Virus record (IMG/VR): IMGVR_UViG_2974731182_000001
Source of the DNA: a virus
Lineage: Duplodnaviria; Heunggongvirae; Uroviricota; Caudoviricetes; Crassvirales
Reading direction: 5' to 3' (one strand)
Length of the DNA stretch: 64,000 bases
In this document: in pieces, positions 9,029 through 18,701 of the stretch
Numbering within the stretch: position 1 is the first letter of the stretch
How the letters are laid out: every line of letters starts with the position of its first letter
Notes under the pieces: model-generated
Told to the model about the DNA's origin: nothing
Seen by the model: only the letters and a program-made list of their open reading frames with translations
Databases searched by the model: none
Position numbers and translations under genes: made by a program

Positions 9029-9205
9029 ATTTTAAGTTTTGTACAAAGTTAAGAATAATCAAGCACATAGATAACAGTATAATAGAAATTATTGTGGAAT
9101 ATTAAAGAAATTACTAACTTCGCGAATCCCTCATGCTCCACAAATTCATGAACTATAAGTAAGAGTAAAATTATTTGTAACATTGAAGAAATAAATTATA
9201 TAGTA

Positions 9206-9364
9206 TGGCATATCTAGCAGTTGATAAGGATGGGACGGAAATGATATCGGATTATTCTTTATACAGAAGTGGATATTATAGGAAATACAAAAAATGTGAT
9301 CCTGCTTTATGTGATAAGTGTGTCTTTAACAGGGTAACTTGTAAAGTTGTATGCAGCTTAGACA
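9206..9364 (+). CDS. small Cys-rich ORF (52 aa)
   Basis: ATG 9206; MAYLAVDKDG...CDPALCDKCVFNRVTCKVVC; not in the track. Confidence 0.25.
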
Positions 9365-9616
9365 ATTAAGAAAAGCATGGATTGGAGATTGGAATTATGG
9401 TGTATCTAGTAACCAATTTCTATATGCTATTTGTCACACTAGAGATGGGAGTTTAGATGTTATTTCAACATTTTCATTATGTTCTCTCCCTTTAACATTT
9501 CCAACAAAGGAGATGGCAGCAGATTTCCTTAACTGTTTTATAGACTTATGTGAAGTTGCTAAGATCTTAATATAAAATAAGAGGATAGATATTAACAGAA
9601 AATTTAACTAAATGAC

Positions 9617-9862
9617 ATGAAAATAGAATATACATCTGGATGCATAGCTCATTCTTTAACAATAGATGGAGTTGAGACTATAGATTTAGATCCTAAAGAA
9701 TTTAAAGAGAAGGCTCTAAAGGTTATAGAGAAGATAAATAATGAACAGCTATTGAGAGATTTTCTGATTCAAGCAGTAGAAATAATGGGAGAATCAGAAG
9801 TAATAGCACATTGTGATGAATGCGGAGACAATATTTATAAAGATACCCTAATTATCGATTAA
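9617..9862 (+). CDS. hypothetical protein
   Basis: 81-aa ORF. Confidence 0.4.
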   Translation: MKIEYTSGCIAHSLTIDGVETIDLDPKEFKEKALKVIEKINNEQLLRDFLIQAVEIMGESEVIAHCDECGDNIYKDTLIID

Positions 9863-9864
9863 AT

Positions 9865-10287
9865 ATGATGGAGACTAAGTTAAGCCTAACCATTATTCTT
9901 CCAGGAAGAACAATGTTTAGCAAGGAGGAGTGCCTTAAAACAACTCGCAAAGTAAAAGTATTAAAAAATGGAAAGAAGATATTTAAGAAGGAAACTGCAG
10001 AAGATCCGGAGAAGGTAATCGTCCATACTATAAGAGTAGATGGAAAGAAAAAGGAAAAGCCGGAGGTAATACATTATACTACTAGAAAGTTCAAGCCTGC
10101 CAAGCAGACTATAAACATAAGTAGAGATGCTTATGAAGGAATGATTGATGATATTCCAAAAAAATATCGGAACAGAAAATCATATTGGTTGAGCCTCCCG
10201 GTAAAAGCTAGAGTAGAGTTCAATGTCAATGAGCTGGCCAAATCTCTTGGAGGTATAGTTGATTCTTATGTTATATTTGAGGATTAA
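9865..10287 (+). CDS. hypothetical basic protein
   Basis: 140-aa ORF followed by a terminator. Confidence 0.5.
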   Translation: MMETKLSLTIILPGRTMFSKEECLKTTRKVKVLKNGKKIFKKETAEDPEKVIVHTIRVDGKKKEKPEVIHYTTRKFKPAKQTINISRDAYEGMIDDIPKKYRNRKSYWLSLPVKARVEFNVNELAKSLGGIVDSYVIFED

Positions 10288-10303
10288 CCAATAATGGAAT
10301 AAA

Positions 10304-10338
10304 GCAAGGTAAGTACCTCCTTACCTTGCTTTTTTTTT
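10304..10338 (+). terminator. Rho-independent terminator
   Basis: 10-bp stem GCAAGGTAAG/CTTACCTTGC with a 6-nt loop, then T9. Confidence 0.7.
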
Positions 10339-10356
10339 ACCCTAAAGCAAATAATA

Positions 10357-10896
10357 ATGAAAACAACTAATGCAAAGTTACTATACTATGACAAATATGT
10401 AGATTGCACTTACCCTACTGGGGAATACTTTATGTTGAACGTTGACTATATACATAGTGTAGTTCAGAACATTTTGAAAGTATATGATAAGAAGATAGGA
10501 ACATTATATTTAGTCGGAACTAATAGATCTGGAAATATATTGTTAGGTGGAATAGCTACCAAACTGGTAGAAATGGGAAGAGATGTTGTAGTATATGGAT
10601 TTCCAAGAAGTCATCATGAGGGACGATCTCTTTGTATTCCGACTAATTCTCCTGTCATAATGGTAGATGATTTTATATCTTCAGGAAATACCGTAATCGA
10701 ATTAACTAATCAAGTGTTGAATACTATGGAAGCTTCAAAGAACAAATTGGATATGCTGTGTGTATCAAACGAACTAGATGAAAAGGGAGGGGATTTATGT
10801 AATATTTATGATACATATAAAATCATTAGTAAGCTCTTTAACTATATATGCTGTAATAATAAACAGCTAAGAGAAAGAATACAGACTGTTTGGTAA
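10357..10896 (+). CDS. phosphoribosyltransferase-domain protein (type I PRTase fold)
   Basis: PRPP-binding motif 'VIMVDDFISSGNT' (hydrophobic-x4-DD-x-hydrophobic-SGxT). Confidence 0.55.
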   Translation: MKTTNAKLLYYDKYVDCTYPTGEYFMLNVDYIHSVVQNILKVYDKKIGTLYLVGTNRSGNILLGGIATKLVEMGRDVVVYGFPRSHHEGRSLCIPTNSPVIMVDDFISSGNTVIELTNQVLNTMEASKNKLDMLCVSNELDEKGGDLCNIYDTYKIISKLFNYICCNNKQLRERIQTVW

Positions 10897-10923
10897 TTCT
10901 ACTCTTGATAATACTATTCAAAA

Positions 10924-11127
10924 ATGAGAACAAGCACAATAATTAAGTTAGCAGTGTGGCTTATCCTATTTGTTACTATACTTAATATAGGATTAGTAAT
11001 GATGTCCACATCTAATACAGTAGAGAATATAATTGGATTTTTTATTATCATATTCCTATCGATTATTTCAATCAAAACCAAATATTTAACAATAATAAAA
11101 TTAAAAAGTAAAAAAGATGAAAAGTAA
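10924..11127 (+). CDS. small membrane protein (2 TM)
   Basis: Hydrophobic helices. Confidence 0.4.
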   Translation: MRTSTIIKLAVWLILFVTILNIGLVMMSTSNTVENIIGFFIIIFLSIISIKTKYLTIIKLKSKKDEK

Positions 11128-11920
11128 ATTTATTTTTGGATTACTAGTTGCATTACTAATACTTTCTGTATCTAGTTGTGCTGAGAGAGTAGATGCAGGT
11201 TATGAAGGTATCAAAGTCAATCTTTATGGAGACGACAAAGGGGTTGATAAAGTTACATTAGTAACTGGAATGGTATGGTATAATCCTATAACAACTGCTA
11301 TTTATGAGTATCCAACATTCGTTCAAACTGTAGATTATCCTCCATTTAGTGTCAATGCTAAAGATGGTAGTTCTTTTGTAGTAGATCCTACTATTTCTCT
11401 CAAGATAGTCGATGGTAAATCAGCTGAAGTATTTAAGAAATACAGAAAGGTAAATATTACAGAGGTTATTAATACTACACTATACAACTATGTAAGAAAT
11501 GCTTTCAGAATACAATTAAATGCTTATACTACTGATGAATTAGTTAGTAAGAGAGAAGAATTTGAAAAAGCAATAGAGGATAAACTATCTAAGGAATTAT
11601 TAGAAGAGAATTTCCAACTTGAACAACTTACATCAGGGTTACAATATCCTAAAATTCTGATAGAAGCCATAAATAGTAAAAATGAGGCTGTACAAAAGAG
11701 CCAAAAAGCAGAGAATGAGTTAGCTATTGTTAAAGCTGAGGCTCAAAAGAAGGTAATAGCAGCACAGGCTGAGTATGAGGCTAATGTGCTAAGAACCAAA
11801 TCTTTAACTCCTCAAATATTACAACAAATGTGGATTGAGAAATGGAATGGCACTGTACCGACAGTAACCTCTAATGGAAATAGTGGAGTATTTTTAGATA
11901 TAAGTAAAATAAGCAAATAG
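11117..11920 (+). CDS. lipoprotein with SPFH/band-7-like domain
   Basis: Signal peptide plus lipobox 'LLILSVSSC'. The C-terminal coiled region 'AENELAIVKAEAQKKVIAAQAEYEANVL' resembles prohibitin/HflC family members. Confidence 0.5.
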   Translation: MKSKFIFGLLVALLILSVSSCAERVDAGYEGIKVNLYGDDKGVDKVTLVTGMVWYNPITTAIYEYPTFVQTVDYPPFSVNAKDGSSFVVDPTISLKIVDGKSAEVFKKYRKVNITEVINTTLYNYVRNAFRIQLNAYTTDELVSKREEFEKAIEDKLSKELLEENFQLEQLTSGLQYPKILIEAINSKNEAVQKSQKAENELAIVKAEAQKKVIAAQAEYEANVLRTKSLTPQILQQMWIEKWNGTVPTVTSNGNSGVFLDISKISK

Positions 11921-11921
11921 T

Positions 11922-12287
11922 ATGATTATTTTTGTAGTAATAGCTATGATGGTAATAGGCTTCATATGGAAGAATATTACCGTATATGACTATAATCAAA
12001 CATCCGCAGGTCCTCGTTATTATCCCCAGCATTGGGGATTAGACATGACTTCTGGTAGAAGACTTCCTCTTACTCCAATGCGTATAATAATGCTGCTCTT
12101 ATTGTTAGTTCCATGGTTTAATATAGCATGGTTTATAGTTCTAATAATACAAATATTAGTCAAAACGAGTTATCCTGATGACCCTTATGAGTGTACAATA
12201 TGGGTAGTAGAGATTAAAGAGAATAGTCCTAAACTTACAAAGATGATGCAGTCTATATCAGAATTTCTTAATAAGGAGCTTATATGA
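11922..12287 (+). CDS. membrane protein (NfeD-like partner of SPFH?)
   Basis: Multiple TM helices; adjacent to the SPFH gene. Confidence 0.4.
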   Translation: MIIFVVIAMMVIGFIWKNITVYDYNQTSAGPRYYPQHWGLDMTSGRRLPLTPMRIIMLLLLLVPWFNIAWFIVLIIQILVKTSYPDDPYECTIWVVEIKENSPKLTKMMQSISEFLNKELI

Positions 12288-13507
12288 ATAGAAAAAATCT
12301 TCATCAAAGTGCAGTTGAATTAATTATAGAGAACCCAAGAGTAGCCCTATTATGGGCTACTGGTTTGGGGAAATCTAGAGCAGCTATAGAAATGGCCAAC
12401 TACTTACAGGATAAAGAAAAAGATGGAAACATAAAAGTTCTTCTAGTAGTAGCTGGAACTGCCCATAAATCAAACTGGGAGGCAGAACTATCTAAATGGA
12501 AGTTTAAATCTAACAGTATTAAGATAGAGTGCTATGCTTCTTTATCCAAGTATAGGGATACGTGGTGGGACCTAATTATCTTTGATGAAGCACATCACTT
12601 AGGAACAGATTTGAAAATAGATGTTTTATCTAGCATGACTGTAGATAATGTAATCTTATTATCTGCTACCCTTCCTGAGCGTACAATACAAGCTGTAACT
12701 AGAATTTTTGGAGAATTTATAGTCTCAAAAATTCCACTTAAAAAAGCAATTGAGTGGAAGATACTGCCCAAACCTAGAGTATATCTTGTTCCCTTGTCCC
12801 TAGATGATAAACACCAGACTTGCACTATAATAGAGGAGTGGGGAAGAAAGGAGGATAGGGTTACTTACAACTGTTCATTTCCAGGCAGATGGACGTATTT
12901 AAAGAACAAGTATAAGTACCCGAATGCAACTCTAGTTATACACTGTACTGAGCAACAGAAGTATAATTATTTGTCTGGCCAATTTGAGTATTGGAAGAAA
13001 CTGTTTTTAGCAAGAAGACAAGAATTCATTAAAAACAAGTGGCTTCAAACAGGAGCAAAAAGAAAGAGATTTCTTGGAGAACTAAAAACAGACCTTGTAA
13101 GAACTCTATTACATAAGATTAGAGATAAAAGGTTTATATGTTTCTGTACTAGCATAGAACAAGCTGAACAATTAGGAGGTCAAAATGCCATACATTCCAA
13201 GAGGACTGATTCTTTACAGATAATAAAGGATTTTAATCGTAAGAAAATAAATAACCTGTTTGCTGTTGGAATGTTACAGGAGGGGCAAAACCTAACCGAT
13301 ATCGAAGTTGGAATAATTATACAACTAGATGGACAAGAAAGAGCATTTATCCAGAAATTCGGTAGAAGTTTAAGAGCTGAAGATCCTATTCAATTTATAT
13401 TCTATTATGAAAATACGAGGGACACTGAATATCTTAAGAATGTTCTAGAAGGAATAGATAGGAAATATATAACTAAGATTGACAGATTGGAGGACTTGGA
13501 ATTATGA
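12284..13507 (+). CDS. SF2 DEAH-box helicase
   Basis: Walker A 'TGLGKS', Walker B/DEAH 'IIFDEAHHLG', motif VI 'QKFGRSLR'. Confidence 0.75.
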   Translation: MNRKNLHQSAVELIIENPRVALLWATGLGKSRAAIEMANYLQDKEKDGNIKVLLVVAGTAHKSNWEAELSKWKFKSNSIKIECYASLSKYRDTWWDLIIFDEAHHLGTDLKIDVLSSMTVDNVILLSATLPERTIQAVTRIFGEFIVSKIPLKKAIEWKILPKPRVYLVPLSLDDKHQTCTIIEEWGRKEDRVTYNCSFPGRWTYLKNKYKYPNATLVIHCTEQQKYNYLSGQFEYWKKLFLARRQEFIKNKWLQTGAKRKRFLGELKTDLVRTLLHKIRDKRFICFCTSIEQAEQLGGQNAIHSKRTDSLQIIKDFNRKKINNLFAVGMLQEGQNLTDIEVGIIIQLDGQERAFIQKFGRSLRAEDPIQFIFYYENTRDTEYLKNVLEGIDRKYITKIDRLEDLEL

Positions 13508-14103
13508 CTACGATATGTTTAAATGAGGAAGCTATAAGGCAAAATGATATGTGCCTGGGGGAAGTTCTTTTAATGCTGGCTATATGTAATAAAGCCGATT
13601 TGAAGAAAGCAGAAGTAAGCTTAATTCAAAAAGGTTTTATTACAGCAACTAGAAATGAAAATGGACAGCCTATAGGGTGGAGACTAACCAATGAAGGCTC
13701 CAGAATGATAGATTCAGTCATTTTAGACTCTAGTAAAGAACAGGAGCCCCAAGATAGATTAGTTAGCTTGGCTGAAAGATTAAAAGCAATATTTCCTAAG
13801 GGAAAGAAGGCTGGCACTAATTATTACTGGGCGGAAGGAGTAGCCTTGATTGTAAGAAGGCTCAAGCTGTTTTTCAGGAAATATGGAAATAAATTTACTG
13901 ATGAACAAATAATTCAAGCAGCAGAGAAATATGTGCAAGGATTTAATGGGAACTATACATATATGAGATTGTTAAAGTATTTCATATTTAAAGAAAAGAT
14001 AGGAGCCGCAGGTGAAGTAGAGGGAGATTCTGAGTTAATTAGTTACATTGAGAATGCAGATCAAGAAGAATTAAGTAATGATTGGACATCTACATTAAAA
14101 TGA
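13504..14103 (+). CDS. hypothetical protein (replication module)
   Basis: 199-aa ORF with ATGA overlap to the helicase gene. Confidence 0.5.
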   Translation: MTTICLNEEAIRQNDMCLGEVLLMLAICNKADLKKAEVSLIQKGFITATRNENGQPIGWRLTNEGSRMIDSVILDSSKEQEPQDRLVSLAERLKAIFPKGKKAGTNYYWAEGVALIVRRLKLFFRKYGNKFTDEQIIQAAEKYVQGFNGNYTYMRLLKYFIFKEKIGAAGEVEGDSELISYIENADQEELSNDWTSTLK

Positions 14104-15347
14104 ATACATTAGGAGAAAGGGTATTAGATAATCTCAATATCAGAAGAGAACGGATCCTTAATGGGCAATTGAACTGTATTCCATCTCCCTTCAAGAGATT
14201 CGGTACTGACTTTGTAGGTATAGAACAATCCTGTTATTATACTATAACTAGCTTTACTAAGGGGGGCAAATCACAGTTTGCATCATATACCTTCATCTAT
14301 AAACCGCTAATGTTTTGTTATTACACAAAAGCGGATATAGATATAAAGATATTGTATTTTCCTCTTGAAGAAACTCCTGAGAGGATACTGCAAAGATTTA
14401 TATCATGGTTGTTATTTGACTTTAGTGAAGGAAAGATAAGAATCAGCCCAAGAGATTTGAGGAGTACTATTAAAGCAGTTCCGCAAGAGATACTAGATAT
14501 TATTAGATCTGATAAGGTACAAGACATAATTAGGTATTTTGAGGAGCATGTGATATTTCCTGATGAAGCATGTAACCCAACAGGCATATATAAATATTGT
14601 GTAAAATATGCTGAGGAACATGGAAAAGTTTATCGTAAAATAGGAAAGTACAAAGACGAGTTAGGGATAATTCAAGAGAGAGAAGTATTTGATAGGTATG
14701 AACAGGATAACCCCAATGAGTACAGACTTATAATGATTGACACTATTAATCTTATAGATACTGAAAAGGGGATGACATTAAAGCAGTCTGTTGATAAGCT
14801 CAGTGAATATTGTGCCAAATATTTAAGAAACAGATATCACTATTCTCCAGTAGTCATTCAACAACAAGCCTTTGAACAAGAAGGCAATGAAGCTTTTAAA
14901 ATAGGGAAAGTAAGACCCTCGGTTGCTGGATTAGGAGATAGTAAATATACTTCGAGAGATAGTAATGTAGTCCTTGGTTTATTTTCTCCCTTCCGATTTG
15001 CACTTAGGGAATATGAAGGATATGATATTCTTAAGTTTAAAGATAATATACGATTCCTAGAAGTAATCGTCAACAGAGATGGAGAAATGGGTGGATTATG
15101 TCCTCTATTCTTCGATGGAGCAGTGTGTAGATTTGAAGAACTTCCTAAACCTGGTGACAAGGAAAATATACAAAAAGTGTATCAGTACTTGAATAAGCTG
15201 AGAGATACTACATCTAAACTATTCTTCAAATACAGAAAAAGTGAGGGAAGCACAAGAATGCTACACCATAAATTTAGTAAATTAAGTAATTTCCACACAT
15301 GGGTAGCAGAAGCATATGATAAATTCATTAGTAATAGAAAAAAGTAA
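14082..15347 (+). CDS. DnaB-like replicative helicase
   Basis: Walker A 'FTKGGKSQF', Walker B 'LIMIDTINLI', and a C-terminal 'PSVAGLGDSKYTSRDSNVVLGLF' region resembling the DnaB arginine-finger segment. Confidence 0.65.
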   Translation: MDIYIKMNTLGERVLDNLNIRRERILNGQLNCIPSPFKRFGTDFVGIEQSCYYTITSFTKGGKSQFASYTFIYKPLMFCYYTKADIDIKILYFPLEETPERILQRFISWLLFDFSEGKIRISPRDLRSTIKAVPQEILDIIRSDKVQDIIRYFEEHVIFPDEACNPTGIYKYCVKYAEEHGKVYRKIGKYKDELGIIQEREVFDRYEQDNPNEYRLIMIDTINLIDTEKGMTLKQSVDKLSEYCAKYLRNRYHYSPVVIQQQAFEQEGNEAFKIGKVRPSVAGLGDSKYTSRDSNVVLGLFSPFRFALREYEGYDILKFKDNIRFLEVIVNRDGEMGGLCPLFFDGAVCRFEELPKPGDKENIQKVYQYLNKLRDTTSKLFFKYRKSEGSTRMLHHKFSKLSNFHTWVAEAYDKFISNRKK

Positions 15348-15352
15348 TACAG

Positions 15353-16033
15353 ATGGCAAATGCAGTAATTATTTTAGGGAAGAGTGGTACTGGCAAATCC
15401 AGTAGTATAAAAGGATTGGATCCTAACGAGGTAGTAGTCTTGAATGTTTTAGGTAAAAAACTTCCATTCAAAGACAGTAATAAGCTTTATAATAAAGACA
15501 AGAAGAATTTATTCAGAGTAGATGATTATTCTCAAGTTATAAGCCTGTTGCAGAATATAGATAAGGGAGCTCCACATGTTCATAATGTAATATTAGATGA
15601 TGCCATATATGTTATGAGAAAAGAGTACTTCAAGAGAGCAAAGGAAACTGGATATGGCAAATATACAGAGTTAGCTATGCACTTTCAACAAATTATCTCG
15701 ACTATAGAATCAATGAGAGAAGATATTAATGTTTTCTTGATTCTTCATAGTGAAGAAGTTCAAAGCGATAAAACTATAGTTGGTTACAAGGTGAGTACTA
15801 TAGGACAGCTCATTGATAATCAGTATAATCCAGTAGAGGTTGTACCAATGGTACTTTATTCTGCTATCAAGTATAATGACAAGGGAGAAGCAACTTATGG
15901 ATTCTATACTCACAGGTTTATGGATGGATTGGTAGAAATTCCTGCTAAATCTCCAGCAGATATGTTCAAAGAAGACTTCATACCTAATGATCTTGGGATA
16001 GTATCAAAGGCTATGAAGGAGTATTATGGATAA
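15353..16033 (+). CDS. P-loop ATPase (Sak4/RecA-like or AAA family)
   Basis: Walker A 'ILGKSGTGKSS', Walker B 'VILDDAIYV'. Confidence 0.6.
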   Translation: MANAVIILGKSGTGKSSSIKGLDPNEVVVLNVLGKKLPFKDSNKLYNKDKKNLFRVDDYSQVISLLQNIDKGAPHVHNVILDDAIYVMRKEYFKRAKETGYGKYTELAMHFQQIISTIESMREDINVFLILHSEEVQSDKTIVGYKVSTIGQLIDNQYNPVEVVPMVLYSAIKYNDKGEATYGFYTHRFMDGLVEIPAKSPADMFKEDFIPNDLGIVSKAMKEYYG

Positions 16034-16289
16034 GAAAACTATAATTAGAGTGGTAGATAAAATTACAAGAGGAGGAGCTATTGAAACAGAAGAAGTAATT
16101 AATCTATTCACAGAATATTGTTGTAAAGAGCACAATAAAGATGTTGAGTTAACAAAACATTTTATTAAGATCCTTTTAAGTATTGGGATTATTGGTACAT
16201 ATCTTACTGAAATAGTAGAATATTACAAAAGTAAATTAAATATAGTAGAAGTAAAAGATAGTAACAACAAAATAATTTTAGTGTATTAA
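16026..16289 (+). CDS. hypothetical protein
   Basis: 87-aa ORF, overlapping start. Confidence 0.4.
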   Translation: MDKKTIIRVVDKITRGGAIETEEVINLFTEYCCKEHNKDVELTKHFIKILLSIGIIGTYLTEIVEYYKSKLNIVEVKDSNNKIILVY

Positions 16290-16290
16290 C

Positions 16291-16677
16291 ATGAAAACAA
16301 TTTCAATTAGACAATTAGCTACTATAAAAAGAGTAGCGCAAAATGTAAGTTCCTTGGTTATTAAAAAGAATAAATTAATGGAACAGATAAGAGAGCTAAG
16401 TAAGGAATGCGATAACTTGATTAATGAAATAGAGGGTCATGAAGTTGGAGTAAAAATGCTCACAGGACATACTAGCGAGGAACTAATAACCAGAGTAGTT
16501 GAGGATACTGGTAAAATGGATAGAAACGGGAAACCTATTAAAATAACTAAGTACGAACCAAAAGAAGGTGTATTAGTATTTAATGAGAAAGAGAAAGTGT
16601 ATGAAATCCATGATGAATTCTTCCAATGTTCTGAGATGGATGATGATGTACCATCTGAAGGTCCCAGCTTTAGTTAA
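16291..16677 (+). CDS. hypothetical coiled-coil protein
   Basis: 128-aa ORF. Confidence 0.45.
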   Translation: MKTISIRQLATIKRVAQNVSSLVIKKNKLMEQIRELSKECDNLINEIEGHEVGVKMLTGHTSEELITRVVEDTGKMDRNGKPIKITKYEPKEGVLVFNEKEKVYEIHDEFFQCSEMDDDVPSEGPSFS

Positions 16678-16729
16678 GAAATAGCAAGTAAACAATATTT
16701 ATTATTAAGTATATTAAAAAATATTAAGT

Positions 16730-17641
16730 ATGACGAACAAAATCTTTATGGCTTTTGCTACAGGCAGTGAATCTACAGAAGGTAATGTAGTTAAAAAGTA
16801 CACTGGGGTGGGTTCAGTAAGTGTGCTAGCTGTTAATCCTGATAAGGAAACACTAGAAAAATTGTACAATACTACTATCAATGATGGCCCTTCGTATTTA
16901 AGCGAAGTTGAAGTTGGTCCAGAAGGGGATAAACATACAGTTCCTCAAGTAAGAATAGATTTCATTGTACAGACAGATCCTGAGAAATGCAATGGAATTG
17001 ATATGAAAACCAAAATACCTTTCTTTATTACCAGAGAGGTGAGATATAACAGAGATAGAAGTAAGGTTCAAGTGATAAATAAATATGGAGAGACCACTTG
17101 GTTACCTATAGAGAATGCGAAATCTGGCACTGTTCCAGCTAATCTTAGTTGGTTTGAACCTGCTGATTTTAGACCGGCTTACATAGGAGAAGAGGATCTT
17201 ACAGGATTCTTGAAAGCATACTTGAATATCCCCAATAAATCTTATAGGAAAGCTAGTGGAGAAGTAGTAGAAATACCGAATAAAGCTGATGCAGAGGCTA
17301 GATTGGATAAAATTGACAATTACTTCAAAGGAGACTATTCAGAGTTGAGAGAAGCAATCTCTTTGCAACCTAAGAATAGGGTTAAAGGGTTGTTTGGAGT
17401 GAGAACTACTGAAGATGGTAAACAATATCAAGCTGTTTACACTCAGAAATTCTTGAAGAACAGTGTAACCGACTACAGCAGACTGGATGCAGAACTTCAA
17501 GAGAGAAAAGCTGCTGGAGCTTATCCTACTACAGAGTTTGAGGTCTGTGATTTAAAGGAATACACAGTAGAATCTACTGACTTCAACAATAATCCGGAGC
17601 CTTCTTCTGATATGCCTATGCAAGACTCTCCATGGTTCTAA
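16730..17641 (+). CDS. hypothetical protein, possibly a single-stranded DNA-binding protein
   Basis: 303 aa; acidic/aromatic C-terminal tail '...DMPMQDSPWF', reminiscent of SSB tails. This is weak evidence. Confidence 0.5.
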   Translation: MTNKIFMAFATGSESTEGNVVKKYTGVGSVSVLAVNPDKETLEKLYNTTINDGPSYLSEVEVGPEGDKHTVPQVRIDFIVQTDPEKCNGIDMKTKIPFFITREVRYNRDRSKVQVINKYGETTWLPIENAKSGTVPANLSWFEPADFRPAYIGEEDLTGFLKAYLNIPNKSYRKASGEVVEIPNKADAEARLDKIDNYFKGDYSELREAISLQPKNRVKGLFGVRTTEDGKQYQAVYTQKFLKNSVTDYSRLDAELQERKAAGAYPTTEFEVCDLKEYTVESTDFNNNPEPSSDMPMQDSPWF

Positions 17642-17673
17642 TAGACAGTAATACATAAAAAGATGATAACAGT

Positions 17674-18669
17674 ATGTCATTTATCTCTGGGAGATCTTCA
17701 ATCAGCTTAGAGGACATATTAAAGAAAACTGCGGAATCTAATATCCTATACTTTTACTTAGGTATTACAGATATACCCTGCATAATTAATTCTCCTCTTA
17801 GGGAGGATAAGAGACCTTCCTTTGGATTATACTCTAGAGATGGAAAGAGAATATTCTATACGGATTTATCTACAGGAGATAGGGGAGGACTATTTGATCT
17901 CTTATCTAAAATGTGGGGAATTCCATATGTAGAAGTATTAGAGAGAATAGATAAAGATATACCAAGATTTTCTAGTAGCTCTAATATAAAATCATGTAAC
18001 TCCTGTAATATAATTACCACTCAAAATTATAATAAATCAATTGATTTGCAGTGTAAGGTAAGAGAGTGGAGGAAACATGATATAGAATATTGGGAATCCT
18101 TTGGGATAAGCCTAAAGTGGTTGAAATATGCTGATGTCTATCCTATATCTCATAAAATTATAATAAAAAACGGAGTAAGAAATGTCTATGTAGCAGATAA
18201 ATATGCTTATGCATATGTAGAACGCAAAGAGGGAAAAATCACTTTGAAAATTTATCAACCATTTAACAAAAATGGCTATAAGTGGAGTAACAAACATGAT
18301 TTATCAGTGATTAGCTTATGGACAAAGATACCAGAGTATGGAGACTTAGTATGTATATGTTCCTCCATGAAGGATGCTCTTTGTTTATGGGCTAATACTG
18401 GTATTCCATCTTTAGCGGTTCAAGGAGAAGGCTACAGAATAAGTGATACAGCTATTAATGAGCTTAAAAGAAGGTACAAAAATATATATATACTATTTGA
18501 TAATGATGAAGCAGGGCTCATAGATGGAGAGAAACTGGCTAAATCTACAGGATTTACAAATCTGGTATTACCTAAGTTCGAAGGGGATAAGGATATATCA
18601 GGTTTATATCATTCTCTTCAGGATAAGAAAGATTTCATCAAAATAATAAAGGGTTTATTTGAGAAATAA
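17674..18669 (+). CDS. DnaG-like primase (TOPRIM) with degenerate zinc-binding motif
   Basis: N-terminal 'NSPLREDKRPSFGLY' matches the DnaG zinc-binding-domain core 'CPFHxEKTPSF' but lacks the Cys/His residues. TOPRIM DxD motif 'ILFDNDEAG'. Confidence 0.6.
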   Translation: MSFISGRSSISLEDILKKTAESNILYFYLGITDIPCIINSPLREDKRPSFGLYSRDGKRIFYTDLSTGDRGGLFDLLSKMWGIPYVEVLERIDKDIPRFSSSSNIKSCNSCNIITTQNYNKSIDLQCKVREWRKHDIEYWESFGISLKWLKYADVYPISHKIIIKNGVRNVYVADKYAYAYVERKEGKITLKIYQPFNKNGYKWSNKHDLSVISLWTKIPEYGDLVCICSSMKDALCLWANTGIPSLAVQGEGYRISDTAINELKRRYKNIYILFDNDEAGLIDGEKLAKSTGFTNLVLPKFEGDKDISGLYHSLQDKKDFIKIIKGLFEK

Positions 18670-18701
18670 AAAAAAAAGAAAAACATTTAATAAATACAAT
18701 T

